A stretch of 64,000 bases of DNA from Heptranchias perlo. Its lineage: Eukaryota. Positions 1 through 14,047 of this stretch are shown here, piece after piece. The DNA is taken from NCBI RefSeq assembly GCF_035084215.1, contig NC_090331.1, positions 74,400,001-74,464,000 of the forward strand, given 5' to 3'. The notes below the pieces were generated by a model. It was not told the DNA's origin. It was given only the letters and a program-made list of their open reading frames with translations, and made no database searches. The translations under genes and the position numbers were made by a program. How positions within the stretch are numbered: the stretch's first letter is position 1; each line of letters starts with the position of its first letter.

Positions 1-820
1 TGGTGCCCATCCCCCTGCCAAATTAGTTTAAACCCTCCCCCACAGCACTAGTTATCCCCCCCACTAGGCATTGGTCCCAGCTCTGTAGAGGTGCAATCCG
101 TCCATCTTGAACAGATCCCTCCTGCCCCAGAACTGGTCTCAATGCTCCAGGAATCTGAAGCCCTCCTCCAGCACCATTGCTCCAGCCACGTATTATCCTG
201 TCTTATCCTATTATTCCTATATTCGCTAGCGCGTGGCACTGGGAGTGATCCAGAGATTAAAAGATTACTACCTTTGATCTTTTAATTACTGCCTTTTAAT
301 TTCCTCCTTAGCTCTTGAAACTATGACTGCACAACTTCAATCTTTTTCCTTCCTATGTCATTGGTTCCCACATGGACCACGATTTCTGGCTGTTCCCCTT
401 CCCCCACTAAAAATGTTCTGCACCCTCTCCGTGATGTCCTTTACCCTGGTACCAGGGAGGCAATATACCATGCGGGACTCATGTCGGCCCATCTGCCCCC
501 ATGACTATTGAATCCCCTATAATCACTGCATTCTTACATTTCGCTGTGCCCCTCCCTGTGCAGTCCTTTGCCCCCATGGTGCCATGCTCCGGAATGCATT
601 CCTTTGCGGTGTCATCACCCTCAACGGTATTCAATACTGAAAACCGATTAGTGAGCGACACATTGCCGGAGGATTCCTGCACTGCCTGCCTCTTCCTACC
701 CTTCCCGATGGCCACCCACTTACTGTCCTGAGCTCTCTGTGGCTATGGGGACGACCACCTCCTGGAACGTACAATCCATGAAATTCTCAGCCTCCCATAT
801 GTCCTGCAGTGATTCCAGCG
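1..820 (-). mobile_element. CR1 LINE fragment: decayed ORF1 (SGNH esterase region) and ORF1/ORF2 junction
   Basis: ORFs 479-715 (QAVQES..LTNRFSVL..AVIIGDSIV) and 48-239 (PRASEYRN.RI.Q.N.WL..WC) match ORF1 at 17611-18561; ends GAG GGT TTA AAC TAA at about 38-23. Confidence 0.9.
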
Positions 821-869
821 CAGGAACTGCAGGCAACGGGGTTTCAGCTGTCTCTCCATTCTCTGGGAA

Positions 870-1466
870 AAGACGAACCTCCTGACATCCTGATAGGTTT
901 AAAAAGCTGGGTCTATTTACCTTAGAGATGTACATTTCTGGGGCGATCTGACAGGGGTATTTAGAATAACAATGGGACTAGACTGTGCCCAAGTTGATCG
1001 GCTCTGGAAGATCAGCGGTCAGGTGTATAAATTACACAATGGCAGAACTCAGGTTAGATATCAGGAGATTCTTTTTCCAGAGGATGGCAGGCCAATGGAA
1101 CAATTGCTGGCTCGTGCGGTGAGTGCTGATGCGCTGCATACCTTCAAAAGAGAGCTGGACAAGTTCCTGGCTGTGGTGGAAATCACGGCATACAAAAGGC
1201 ATGTGGAACACTAAGTAATAAGAATCATGGTTAATGTGGTCTCCTGAACTAGTTTTGATCGTCTAAAGGGGATGGAGAGGAATTTTCCAAATTTTCTTTT
1301 TCCGTAAACTAGCCTTGGGTTTTTTTTCTCTCTCCCAGGAGATTATATAGCTATTGGTGGGTGGGTAATGTTGTGAATCATGATGCTTAAGACATCTCTA
1401 TAGTGTGGGGGAGGATCATCGGACCAGCTGGTCTTTTCCTGTCCATCGTTTTCATACGTTCGTATG
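870..1466 (+). mobile_element. 3' end of a CR1-type LINE with a long 3' UTR (distinct subfamily)
   Basis: ORF 972-1214 ends with ..AVSADALHTFKRELDKFL, typical of the CR1 ORF2 C-terminus; tail ggaccagctggtcttttcctgtcc..cgttcgtatg, also seen reversed near 63670-63780. Confidence 0.7.
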
Positions 1467-1578
1467 GGAAGAGGGAACAAAATACTCACTATAATCACTG
1501 GGCCAGTCACTCCCGTTCCCATGCTCCAGCAGTAGCTGCCCATCACAAGGGCTGACTGAGAAGGGTTTGCAGGGCTAT

Positions 1579-2625
1579 CTATAGAACCATAGAAAAGATA
1601 CAGCACAGAAGGGGGCCATTTAGCCCATCGTGTCCGTGCCGGCTCGAAGAACAACCAGGTGACCATTCTAATCCCACCTTCCAGCACCCGGTCCGTAGCC
1701 CTGCAGCTTACAGCACTTTAGGTGCAGGTCCAGGTACTTTTTAGAAGAGTTGAGGGTCCCTGCCTCTACCACCAATTCGGGCAGCAAATTCCATACACCC
1801 ACCACCCTCTGGGTAAAAAGGTTTTTTCTCATGTCCCCTCTAATCCTTCCGCCAATCAGCTTAAATCTATGTCCTCTAGTTCTTGAACTCTCCGCTAGGG
1901 GAAACAGGTACTTCCTGTCTACTATATCTAGGCCCCTCATCATTTGTACACCTCAATCAAGTCACTCCTCAGCCTCCACTGCTCCAAGGAAAACAACCCC
2001 AGCCTATCCAATCTCGCCACATAGCTGCAATTTTCAAGCCCTGGCAACATTCTTGTAACTCTTCTCTGCACTCTCTCCAGAGCAATTACGTCCTTCCTGT
2101 AATGTGGTGACCAGAACTGCACACAATATTCCAGCTGTGGCCTTACCAGTGTTTTATCCAGTACCATCATGACATCCCTGCTTTTGTATTCTATACCTCG
2201 GCTAATAACGGAGAGCATTCCATATGCCTTCTTCACACCTTATCTACCTGTACTGCCACCTTCAGGGACCTGTGCACATGCACTCCAAGGTCTCTCACTT
2301 CCTCTACCCCTCTCAATATATTCCTGTTTACTGCGTATTCCCTTTTACTGTTTGCCCTCCCTAAGTGCATTACCTCACACTTCTCCGGGTTGAAAGCCAT
2401 TTGCCACTTTTCCGCCCACTCCACCAACCCATTGATATCTTCTTGGAGTCTACAGCTATCATCTTCACTATCAACTACACGGCCAATTTTTGTGTCATCT
2501 GCAAATTTGCCAATCACGCTCCCTCCATTCAAGTCCAAATTATTAATATATATCACAAACAGCAAGGGACCCAACACTGAGCCCTGTGGCACACCACTGG
2601 AAACGTATTTCCATTCACAAAGACA
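1579..2625 (-). mobile_element. 5'-truncated CR1 LINE (RT C-terminal half, frameshifted)
   Basis: ORFs 2233-2592 (PQGSVLGPLLF, KFADDTK), 1940-2236 (LVRPQLEYCVQFWSP) and 1668-1943 (RTRGH..FTQRVV..WN); octamer-type tail at about 1580-1595. Confidence 0.95.
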
Positions 2626-3859
2626 TCTAGTTATATTATAAAATTATGTGCAATATAAGAAGAGGCCAGGAAGGAGTGCTCGGAGTGTATGCAAATTGAG
2701 GGGAACCAGTGCAGGTACTATTATGGGTAGAACACACAAGGCTAAGGATAAAAAGGGGGAAACTGTAAGACAAACACCTTTGAATAAAGTACAGCTGTTG
2801 TTCATATCTTGTCTGAGTCTATTCTAATAGAACCCTAATATAACAGGTAAAACTGAACAACTGCCAAGTACTGCTATTGTTGGGCATAAAATCAAGTAAC
2901 TACTCACAGTAACATAACTCCCACTCACACTCAGTGTGATGCTGTGTGTACTTGTCCACATTTAGACCCAACAGGGCTGGTGAACCATATGATAGACAAG
3001 GGACACAGGTTTATTTTGAACCTCGTCTTCTCTCCTAGCTCTTTCAAGTGTGGGAGTGTCCTGTACTATGGGCCTCAGTGTTTCACCTAGGTTGCTCAAC
3101 AAAAAGGTTGTTCCCAAACTACAGCCTGTGGTCTCATATCCACCCACATACTTGACATATAGTTCCTAAGAGATAACATACATTTTTTTTCCTCTTTTAT
3201 CCCAAAGGTGGTGACTCATGCTGGAATACACGGGTTAGAGCAATCATCCACTGCTTCTCCTAATTGGTCTTTCTTCATGTGTGAGCCTAGTTAATGAGTG
3301 TCAACAGGCTATGTGAATAAGGGGCAGGGGCAGACATCACACCCAAGCCTTTTCACCCAACATTTCAGGTACATGCAGTCTCTTATTACTAAAGACTACC
3401 CTCCTTCCTACAACAACTTTTAATGACTATATACAAGCACAGCAGCTAAAGGAAACCAGGAGCTGAATAATTTTTAAGTTACTTTAACTGAAACACAAAA
3501 AGGACTTTGTGAATTTGCTTTAGCTGAATGTCTGTATTCATGATAGAATAGATCCTATTATTCACAGCCACATACAGATCTGAAAAGCAGTATGATATTA
3601 TCGGAATATGTAGTTAAATGAAAGAGTTTCTAATTCTTGTTTACAAACCCATGTCCAACCTATTCAGAAGAAGTGGCAATTTTCTTTGTTTCTTCATTGC
3701 CCTTATTGTAGTGCAATACTACCTAATTTTTTGTTGAGATCCACAATCACAAATAGTGGCTTACTGGCAGACCACGTTCAGTAGTGCTCTGTTTTACTAA
3801 ACACCAAGTGATGGGAACAGGGCCTTTCCTCCCATTCCCCACGTATCGAGCTTCCTAAT

Positions 3860-4285
3860 TCAAATGTGCCACCCTATGCAGTTGTCAAATAAGGTGGTTA
3901 GTGGATATTTAATGGAGGTGTTCAAAATTATATGGGGTTTTGACAGGGTAGATAGGGAGAAACTGTTTCCACTGGCAGGAGAGTCAGTAACCAGACAACA
4001 CAGATTTAAATTAATTAGCAAAAAAGCCAGGGGGAGATGAGGAGAATTTTTTTTACTCAACGAGTTGTTATGATCTCGAATGCACTGCCTGAAAGGGTGG
4101 TGGAAGCAAAGGGAATTGGATCTCTACTTAAAAAGGAAAAAAAATGCAGGGTTATGGGGAAAAAGCAGGGGAGTGGAACTAATTGGTAGCTCTTTCAGAG
4201 AGCCAGCACAGGCACGATGGGCCAAACGGCCTCCTTCTGTGTTTTTTGTTCTCCTTTTTGTGATGTATGATTCTATGATTCTATA
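3860..4285 (+). mobile_element. CR1 LINE 3' end fragment
   Basis: Homology to the CR1 C-terminus (gggagaaactgtttccactggc, gaattttttttactcaacgagttg) and tail tatgattctatgattcta. Confidence 0.85.
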
Positions 4286-4996
4286 AGAGGCCAGATGCAT
4301 AGGGAAAACACAGCCCACAAACAATAGTTTTAATGGAACTATTGGCATTCAGTTTTAATGAAGCTCTTCCACTTGTTCTATGGGTACCCCCTCCTCCTCC
4401 CCAGGCATTAGAGGCACCACAGCAAAAGGTAGCCAAATGGATGCCTACCTTAAGAGAAATTAGCTGGGAGAGATTGTAGAGTCCACTATTGTTTATTCTC
4501 ATGAAGAGTAAGCTCAGGGGAGAGATTAGTCAAGTATTTCTCTATGTGAAAGTGACTTAACATCAAACGTAATTTGTATGAAGCACTTTGAGACATTCTT
4601 GAACTATTAGGCACTATATAAATTCAAATCTTTCCTTTACTCAACATTCTTAAGGTAATAGATAAATTGAAGCCTGGTAATACATCCAAGATTACCACAG
4701 ACTCAATTTAGAAGAGGGAAGATGCATAGTTTAGATTTAATTACTTTACACAGAGAGTGACACACATGTGGAATAGTCTGACCAGGAAAGCAATGGAGGC
4801 AGACAGTGTGGAAAAACAGAAGGGAGAATTGGATAGATATTTGAGATGATGTGATTGAGAAGTATTTATTTTTGAAGCTAGCCAGATGGACTGCAGAGCC
4901 TTTTCTGGGTTTGTACTTTCCTCTGGAAAGAGTATTCCTTTACTCTTTTTCGGTTAGAAGCAGGAAATAGAACAGCAACAGAGCCAATCAATAACC

Positions 4997-5410
4997 TACA
5001 ACAACAACAACAACAACTTGTATTTATATAGCACCTTTAACATAGTAAAACGTCCCATGGCGCTTCACAGGAACGTTACCAAACAAAATTTGACACTGAG
5101 CCACAAAAGGAGATATTAGGACAGGTGACCAAAAGCTTGGTCAAAGAGGTAGGTTTTAAGGAACGTCTTAATGGAGAAGAGCGATGTACAGAGGAGGAGA
5201 GGTTTAGGGAGCGAATTCCAGAGCTTTGGGCCTCGGCAGTTGAAAGCACAGCCACCAATGGTGGAGCAATTAAAATCGGTGATGCGCAAGAGGCCAGAAT
5301 TGGAGGAGCGCAGAGATCTCGGAGAGTGGTAGGGTTGGAGGAGGTTACAGAGATAGGGAGGGGCGAGGCCATGGAGGGATTTGAAAACAGGGATGAGAAT
5401 TTTAAAATTT
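4997..5410 (-). mobile_element. L2-type LINE 3' end with (TTG)n tail
   Basis: (caa)n then ttgtatttatatagcacctttaac; reverse strand reads FKILIL.FKSLHGLAPPYL-like. Same family at 7650-8097, 21790-22140 and 62690-63638. Confidence 0.8.
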
Positions 5411-6289
5411 TACAACCAGCCAAGATTGGAGATCCAGCAGCTCTGCCAATGGCCATAGGTGAAAGAAGATGATCGGCAAATGATCCCTAGCCTATGTGAG
5501 TACCTCTGCAATGGGGCAAAATTCCAGAAAAGGCCCTTAGAGGGTTATTATCACTTTGGTGGTGTTAAGGCTGTTTGTGTTGGAAAGATGAGATTTCAAC
5601 AATTCACTAGCAAAACTAACAGACCTTGTAGAAGTTGAAGAACACTCTTGATCGTGTTTCAAATATATATTGATGGACAGGGTGGTGCAGCAAGTCACTA
5701 CACTGTCCTTTCACTTCTGGGACCTGGGTTTGAAACCAGTCCAAATTGATGGGATGAAAATCTCCTTTCTTTGTGACTTTAGTGAAATGTGTACGGCCAG
5801 TCTCAACCCAATTCCTCATTGACGTGAGCTCATAGCGCAAAACTGCCCTTAATTTAGCATTCCCATTAAGGGAGGCGACAAGAATTGCTGATGTACAAAA
5901 TAAAGTGTTGCAGTAAGGAGTACTATTCAAAGGCTAGAGCTAAGGCACTGTTTGGGGTGGAGTTCAGGATACTTTATTATGTAGCTGGTTGCACACTTCT
6001 TGCATGGGAGTATGTGATACTGACATTTGCTGTCTACAATAGAAATATGTGCCATTCTCTAAAAGGTACATCCTTCATCTGATAGGATAAAAAGAGCTAT
6101 TTGAAGTTGTATCAGTAGTGCATTAGACTTTATAACTCAGAAGGACATATTTCAAATCCCAGTCTTCAAACCTGCATGCTCTCAGTGGGTTGGTTTCAGC
6201 TGCTCCCAGCTCGAGTTACAGCGCAAGGCTACATCTAGCCATCTGGCTGAGCATCCCGGGAGAGAGTGGAAACTCTGGCAAGACAAGGC

Positions 6290-7642
6290 CAACAAACTCA
6301 CATTTCCCCAAGGATGAAAAAGCAGTGGAAAAACCCTATATTAGCGTCTGGTTGAAGGAAAAAAGTGTGGCAGCCAAAGTTACTAAGTGGGAGTGAAATA
6401 TCTCAGGATGAGTCATCAGTTCCCCAGTGTGGTTCAACACTTACTCACCAATAACCTGCTCACTAGTGTTCAATTTCAGTTCCGCCAGAACCAGGCAGCT
6501 CCAAACTTCATCACAGCCTTGATCCAGACAAGGATGCAAGAACTGAATGCTAGAGTAGTGAATGGTGAGTAGCTGTCCTCCATATCAAGATAACACTCGA
6601 CCGAGTATGATATCAAGAATTCCTGGCAAAACTGTGATCAGTGACAGTCAAAGGGAAATCCCTACAGTGACTGGAGTCATACCCGACACAAAGGAAGATG
6701 GTTGTGGTTTTGAGGCCAGTCATTACAGCCCCAGGACATCACTGCAGGAGCTCCTCAGGGAAGTGTCCTTGGTCCAACCATCTTCAGCTGCTTCATCAAT
6801 GATCTTACCTCTGTCATAAAATCAAGAGTGGGGTTTCTTGAGATTTCTACAGTGTTCAGTTCCAATCATAACTCCTCTGATATTTAAGCAGCCATGCCAG
6901 CCTAAAAGAGGCCAGCGATACCATCCAGGTGTGAGCTAATAAGTGGCAGGTAACAAACGGGCCACACGTGTGTCAGCTAATGACCATCTCAAACAGAAAA
7001 CCCAGCCATTTCCTCTTGACCTTCAACAGCATCACCAATAACGAATTTCCCACCATTAACATCTTGGAGGTTACCAATGACCAACAGCTTAACTGGATCA
7101 GCCATTTCAACACTGTGACTACAAGAGCAGGGCAGAGGCTGGGTACTCTGCGACAAGTGGCTCACCTCCTAACCCTTCAAAGCCTCCCCACCATTTACAA
7201 GGTTCAAGTCAGGAGTGTGATAAAATACTCACCACATGCCTGGATGGGTGCATCTCCAATAACACTCATGAATCTTGACAACACCCACAACAGAGTAGTT
7301 CTCTCGCTTGATGCGCAAGGTGCTATATGGAATACCCAACCCCTTCCATCACCAGTGCACTGTGGTTACAGTATGTACGATCTACCGGATGCACTGCAGC
7401 AATTCACCAAGGTTATTTTAGTACCACCCCCATCCCCCGAAATCTAAGAACAAGAGCAGTAGAATCATGGGAAAAATAAGTTACACACCATCCTGACAAG
7501 ACACAGAGTACTGTCCATTCATTATTGCTAAGTCAATATTCTGGAATTCCCGACTTAACACCGTTATAGCAGCACCATCACAAGGACTTCAGTGGTTCAA
7601 GAAAACCCACCACCACCTTCTCAGGGCATTAGGGATGGGCAA
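6290..7642 (+). mobile_element. Decayed CR1-group (Crack/Daphne-like) LINE, RT and 3' tail
   Basis: ORF 6968-7447 (INILEVT.DQQLNW.SH...RAGQRLG.LR..YKVQVRSVIKYSPHAW), remnant ggagctcctcagggaagtgtccttggtcc (PQGSVLGP) and tail ccaccaccttctcagggcattagggatgggc. Clade assignment tentative. Confidence 0.75.
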
Positions 7643-7649
7643 GTCCCGC

Positions 7650-8097
7650 TAACCTGTCACGCCTGTCCTCACTGACCTACATTAGGTCCTGATCCCCCAA
7701 AGTCTAAAAATGTTAAATTCTCATCCTCATGTTTAAATCCCTCCATGGCCTCGTCCCTCCCTTTCTTTATCACCTCCTCCCTACAATCAACCCCTACCGC
7801 CCCACCGATTCTCCATTCCTCTGACTAAAGCCTCCTTTCACCCTAATACTGACGGTGGTACCTTCAGCTTCCTAGGTCCCACTGTCTGGAATTCCCACCC
7901 TAAACCCCTCCGCCTTTCCAGCTCCCTCTCTTCCTTTAAGACCTTCCTTGAAACTCACCTCTTTGACCAAGCTTTTGTTCATCCCTCCTAATCTCTCCCC
8001 CTTTGGCTTATTGCTTGTTTTCCTTATCCCTGTGTAAAGCACCTTGGGACATTTTTCTACAATAAAGGTGCTTTATAAATTCAAGTTGTTGTTGTTT
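7650..8097 (+). mobile_element. L2-type LINE 3' end
   Basis: taaattctcatcctcatgtttaaatccctccatggcctcg..cctctttgaccaagctttt..aaggtgctttataaattcaagttgttgttg. Confidence 0.8.
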
Positions 8098-9554
8098 CTG
8101 ATGGCTAAGTGCTTGAGAGGAAGAGGCAAAGGCCACGAGGGACCATTCCTGTATACATTCAAGACTTTCCCCACATTCAGCTCTTCTGAACAGTAATCCT
8201 GGAGATCATAAAGGCCCAATGGTCCTCTACTCTTGACTCCATGCCCGTTGGTCTTACAAGAGGCAGACAAGAACAGTTGCTAACTGTAGAAAAATGCCTC
8301 ACATTACTTTGGTCCAACACAACCCATCCCACAAGTGGATAAAACTGATGTGGAACACCAATCTGATTAAGTAATGTACAAGCTCCACCTGGAACTGGCC
8401 CAGGTACTCCAACCTCACTTTCCATTGGCCCATAATATTAGAGCCAGCAGGAACATCCCAAAGTAGAGTTGATTGCCAGGAGAAAAGAGCTAAATGGTCA
8501 CTCAAGCACCCCCTGAAGCAAATACAAGATGGACCTCCATTCTTCCACATATTCACTTCCTCTTCCACCACCTATGAATTACTCTCTTCAAGGGAATAAC
8601 CTTTCAACTGCTGTGATCTCCATTACTTGCTGCACTGATTTAAATGCAAACTGCAAGTATTGTATCACTCCAAACCAGTAAAACTGCATTGTTCCATCCT
8701 ACCCCAAAAAGTTGTCAGCTGAACCTTTATCCCAGTATTCCGTGAACATGCATGCAATGGCGTAGTTTGCAGCAGAAAAGCAAAGGGAGTCACTTATGTG
8801 CAATGGTTCCTAACCTTTCTAGGCTCCATTTCCTCCTTAGGGAAACCCTTTCATTAAGTTGAAAACATTTTCTCTGTGGGCAAAATAATACAAACAAAAC
8901 TAGTCAGTGCAGAAGAATTTTCTCTGTTTCCCTGAATTTAGGTGAGGGGCGTTAAAAATTTTTTCCTTCAGTGTTGGCATCAAGCAGTCTCCCGTGTCAG
9001 GTACAGAGTAGATGCAGAGTATATCCCACTGCTCCATCAAACACTTCCGTGGAGGTATAACTCCCCCCGTTCTACATCAACAATATAGCTTAACCCTAAC
9101 TAAAGAAAGGAAGCACCTACTTCTCCAGTATAATATTTCCAATTTTCAGATCTGCCATTATTAAGTATTTTAAAAGGAGATTGTGAGGTTGATTTTAACC
9201 TCGGCCGCATATCGGTGGAGTGATAGCGCTGACAGCCACCCGACGTCTTTGGCGTGAAGCCCGAGCCGTTAAGGGCCAGGCCTCATTAATATTTGATCGG
9301 CGAGCTGTGATGTTGAACCAGCACTCACTGGTAGCTCACCAACTGGGATGGGCGGGAAATCTGGCGGTTCATCCATGGATCCAAGCCAGAAGTAATGAGT
9401 TGGGGGGCGGGTGGGGGGGTGGGAAGGAGGGAGGCAGTCTGAGAGATTTACCTTTCTTTTGAGTGGCCTGTAGGGGTTCCTTTAAGAACTGCTAGTTATG
9501 CCACTCTCTGCCTGATACCAATGGGCAGAGCATGTGCATGGGCAGAGGCTTATA

Positions 9555-11510
9555 AATTGTGAAGTAGAATAGTAAGCCTGAGGATTGGGAGTGTTTTAGA
9601 AACCAGCAAAGGGTGACTAAAAAAATTGATAAAAAGGGGAAAGTAGAATATGAAAGTAAACTAGCAAGAAATATTAAAACTGATTGTAAGAGTTTCTACA
9701 AGTATGTAAAAAGGAAGAGAATAGCAAAAGTAAATGTTGGTCCCTTAGAGGCTGAGACAGGAGAAATTATAATGGGGAACAAGGAAATGGCAGAGACGCA
9801 AAACAAATATTTTGTATCTGTCTTCACAGTAGCAGACACAAGCAGCATACCAAAAGTAGTGGGGAACCAAGGGGCTAATAAGAGTGAGGAACTTAAAGTA
9901 ATTAATATCAGTAGAGAAAAAGTACTTGAGAAACTAATGGGGCTAAAAGCTGACAAATCCCCTGGACCCGATGGCCTACATCCTAGGGTTCTAAAAGAGG
10001 TGGCTGCAGAGATAGTGGATGCATTGGTTATGATCTTCCAAAATTCCCTAGATTCTAGAACAGTCCCAGCGGATTGGAAGGTAGCAAATGTAACCCTGCT
10101 ATTCAAAAAAGGAGGGAGAAAGAAAACAGGGAGTTACAGGCCAGTTAGCCTGATATCAGTCGTTGGGAAAATTCTGGAATCCATTATTAAGGAAGTGGTA
10201 ACAGGGCACTTAGAAAATCATAATATGATTAGGCAGAATCAATATGGTTTTATGAAAGGGAAATAGTGTTTGACAAATTTAATAGAGTTTTTTGAGGATG
10301 TAACTAGCAGGGTAGATAAAGGGGAACCAGTGGATGTAGTATATTTGGATTTCCAAAAGGCATTCAATAAGGTGCCACACAAAAGGTTGTTACACAAGAT
10401 AAGGGTTCACGGGGTTGGAGGTAATATATTTGCATGGATAGAGGATTGGTTAATGGACAAATAACAGACAGTAGGGATAAACAAGTCATTTTCAGGTTGG
10501 CAGGCTTTAACTAGTGGGGTGTTGCAAGGATCAATGCTTGGGCCTCAGCTATTTATAATCTATAGTAAAGAGTTAGATGAAGGGACCGAGTGTAATGTAT
10601 CCAAGTTTGCTGACGATACAAAGCTAGGTGGGAAAGTGAGCTGTGAGGAGGACAAAGAGTCTGCAAAGGGATATAGACAGATTAAGTGAGTGGGCGATAA
10701 GGTGGCAGATGTGAGATTATTCGCTTTGGTAGGAAGAATAGAAAAACAGAATATATTTTAAAATGGTGAGAAACTATTAAATGTTGGTGTTCAAAGACAT
10801 TTGGGTGTCCTCGTACAATAAAGACAGAAAGTTAGCACGCAGGTACAGCAAGCAATTAGGAAAGCAAATGGCAAGTTGGCCTTTACTGCAAGAGGGCTGG
10901 AGTATGGAAGACTTGCTACAATTGTACAGGGCTTTGGTGAGACCACACCTGGAGTACTGTGCACAGTTCTGGTCTCCTTATCTAAGGAAGGATATACTTG
11001 CTTTAGATGCGGTGCAACAAAGGTTCACTAGATTGATTCCTGGGATGAGAAGGTTGTCCTATGAGGGGAGACTGAGTAGAATGGGCCGGTATTCTCTGGA
11101 CTTTAGAAGAATGAGAGGTGATCTCATTGAAACATATAAGATTCTGAGGGGGCTTGACAGAGTAGATGCTGAGAATCTGTTTCCCCTGGCTGGAGAGTCT
11201 AGAACCAGGGGGCATAGTCTCAGGATAAGGGGTCGGCCATTTAAGACTGAGATGAGGAGGAATTTCTTCACTCAGAGTTGTGAATCTTTGGAATTCTCTA
11301 CCCCAAAGGGCGGTGGATGCTGATTCGTTGAGTATATTCAAGGCTGAGATATAGATTTTTGGACTCTAGGGGAATTAAGGGATATGGGGATCGGGTGGGA
11401 AAGTGGAGTTGAGGTAGATGATCAGCCATGATCTTATCGAATGGCGGAGCAGGCTCGACGGACCATATGGCCTACACCTGCTCCTATTTCTTACATTCTT
11501 ATGTTCTTAT
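9555..11510 (+). mobile_element. 5'-truncated CR1 LINE ORF2 (RT), with stops and frameshifts
   Basis: ORFs 9613-10266 (KSPGPDGLHPRVLKE, YRPVSL), 10270-10464 (YLDFQKAF), aagtttgctgacgataca (FADD), ORF 10781-11323; tail ttcttatgttcttatg. Confidence 0.95.
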
Positions 11511-12339
11511 GAGACAACCTGATGTTGTGCAAAGCATTATATAAATGCAAGTTCTTTCTTTACTCTCTTTCATACCTAATCCTGCAGTTGGAGAGTGCTC
11601 TGTGAATTAAGTATAAGATGTTTGAAGCCCAGCACTTTGCTTTTTATTACTGTACAGAACCAACATGTCCTCATGTTCTAATTTGCTTCAATATGAGCTA
11701 TTTTACAAAACATACTTTCACTGTTTAAAACTGCCCCAGACTAAAAGCTTCAACGCATGCCACAGGACTAGTTTGTTTCTATAAATATAATACTTGCTTC
11801 CAAACATCTGCAGCGAATGACAAACAATGAATCCAGTCATGATCAAGAAGAGCAATTTTCAGTTTTTGAAAATGAAAACAGTGATCATGACTACCAGCTG
11901 ACTTGTAAAATACTGGACTTTTGTCAGGATTTAATTCAGCCTAGATTACAAATTGAAACATAAAGATGTTCACTGATCTTAGATCTTCAAGTTATTTTTC
12001 TTACAATCCCATTACTTTAAAGTAGGTTCAACTTTAACAAAAATGGATTACCATCAGTGGTAAATTGGCAATGTACTGCTTGGTGCATTTTGCACAACTG
12101 GTGCTTATCACCAGATTAAATATTCAAAGTGACTGCCTACAGTGCTCCGACAATGATTAGGCCAGAAATAAGGTAAGGAGATGGCAGGAATACTGCTAAG
12201 GGTTAATTGGGGGTTAAGTAGCAATAAGAGTTACAACTCTCTAGATGCCATTGGAACACAGTAGATCACTCCTGACTGGGGCACTTACACATGCCAACCA
12301 TTAGCTTTTTTGACCCATGTGTCGACTTGTCAGCTTTTC

Positions 12340-12960
12340 ACAAGAAAAATCAACTTTTTCCACTGGGACTGGAGATTGTAGGTCAGCTAGGACCAAGGTG
12401 ATGGTCAAGTCAGATTTGGTGTGGAGTAAGGTAGGAGTAGCAGATTTTTTGATGAGTTGCAGTTTATGGAGGCTGAAGGATGGAGGACGGGAATCCAGCC
12501 AGGAAAGTATTGGAATAATCAAATCTGGGTGTGACAAAGATGTATAAAAGGGTTTTAGCAGTCGATGGATTGAGGCAGGCGATGTCAAGGAGGTGGAAAT
12601 AGGTGGTCTTTGTGAGGAAGAGAATACAAGGTCAAAAGCTCAGTTGGGGTCGAACAGGGTGTCAAGTTTGTAACCAGTTTGGTACAGCCCGAGACAATGG
12701 CTGGAGAGGGAGATGGAGGTCAGTTGTGGGAGCCAAAGATGATAACTATGACAACCAATGTTTGGCTGAAGGAGGTTAAGATGCATCCAAGATCGGATGT
12801 CTCCTAAGCAGTCTGACAGCATAGAGGCAGTGGATGGGTTGAGAGAGGTGGTACAGAGGTACAGCTGGGTGTCAGTATGCACAGGAAAGCTGACCCCATG
12901 TTTGTGGATGATGCTTCTAAGGGGCAACATGTCAATGAGGAGGGGGTCAAGTATAGATCC
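12340..12960 (-). mobile_element. Decayed L2-type LINE RT fragment
   Basis: ORF 12640-12930 (MLPL..II.KHGVSF...DTQLYL...LSDCL.DI.SWM..N.LQ.N..) matches the L2 RT pattern around the YADD position. Confidence 0.75.
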
Positions 12961-14047
12961 AGAAATGATGAAGTGATTCAGGGCGGTTTTGAGCTGTCAC
13001 CTTTTGCTAGTTTTCTAGGTCAGTATGTATGGGCAATGTTTAAAAAGATAATTTGACATTCCCACAACAAGTATCTTTTTCCATGCCCTGGCAGAAACCA
13101 ATTTTTAACAGCATCAAAATCACTTCACCTGATGGCACTATTACTTTTGGATAGAAATGATTCACATTTGGGTTGAACATTTGTTGCCTACAACAATAAC
13201 TAGACAAAATCTTTTCAGGTACATAGATTCAGTTCCACATACCGGACGAATGGCTCACCTTACCTATATGTCGACACTTCTCTGTGCTTTGTAAGTATAA
13301 TCGGAAAATACAATGTGTTTAGGTTTTGTTTGCTAAGTATTTATTGGATGTAAATGGATGGAATTCAATAGATAAACAAAAAGCCACCCTTTAGGAGTAC
13401 ATAAAAAATTAGATAGATTAGCTACATTCAGGTGAATGCAATGAGTCAACACATTTGACATCCGGAGCTGTGCATTTACAGTGATAACCATGCAGATTAA
13501 TATTTTTGGGCCTGTTGTTAAATAAGTTTTTTCCTCTCTTTAGATTCTCTTCTCCCATCCCCATGCCAGGTCACCAATATTGCTCTTTCGTGAGAAATGC
13601 AACCTTGAAATGCTCCTCATGGCAGCCTCAAAACCACAGTGTAATAATACTTGTGTCAGCAAAACCTTGATTTTAATGACCCTGACATCATTTCTTTTCC
13701 TTTGTGCTGGCCGCACTGCTCAATGTTACAGCTGGCACAACTCTTGCCTTTTATTCATCTTTTATACTTGAAACTTAGGCCATCTCCTATGCTGCCATTC
13801 TAATTTCTGCCAGCTGTAAAGAACTAACTGTCCCTGTAACGTAGAAACACGAGAATGGTTTTTGGGAGGGTGGGGTGGGGTACACTGAAATAAGAAATTA
13901 GGGGCAAATATAACAGCAATTTGTCACAAACAGTCCACACAGTGTCACCAACCTGGAGGAAAGTCTGAAAGAAGTTGTAGAATCTAGAAAAAGAGCAAAA
14001 AGATAAGACAGGAGCATTACTGTAAAGCTACAGTAGCAGTTATTAAA

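Noticed and set aside
8100-8580. Host coding exon or retroelement gag remnant in ORFs 8177-8425 and 8299-8571
   Set aside because: No recognisable motif and weak splice signals; cannot be supported without a database search.
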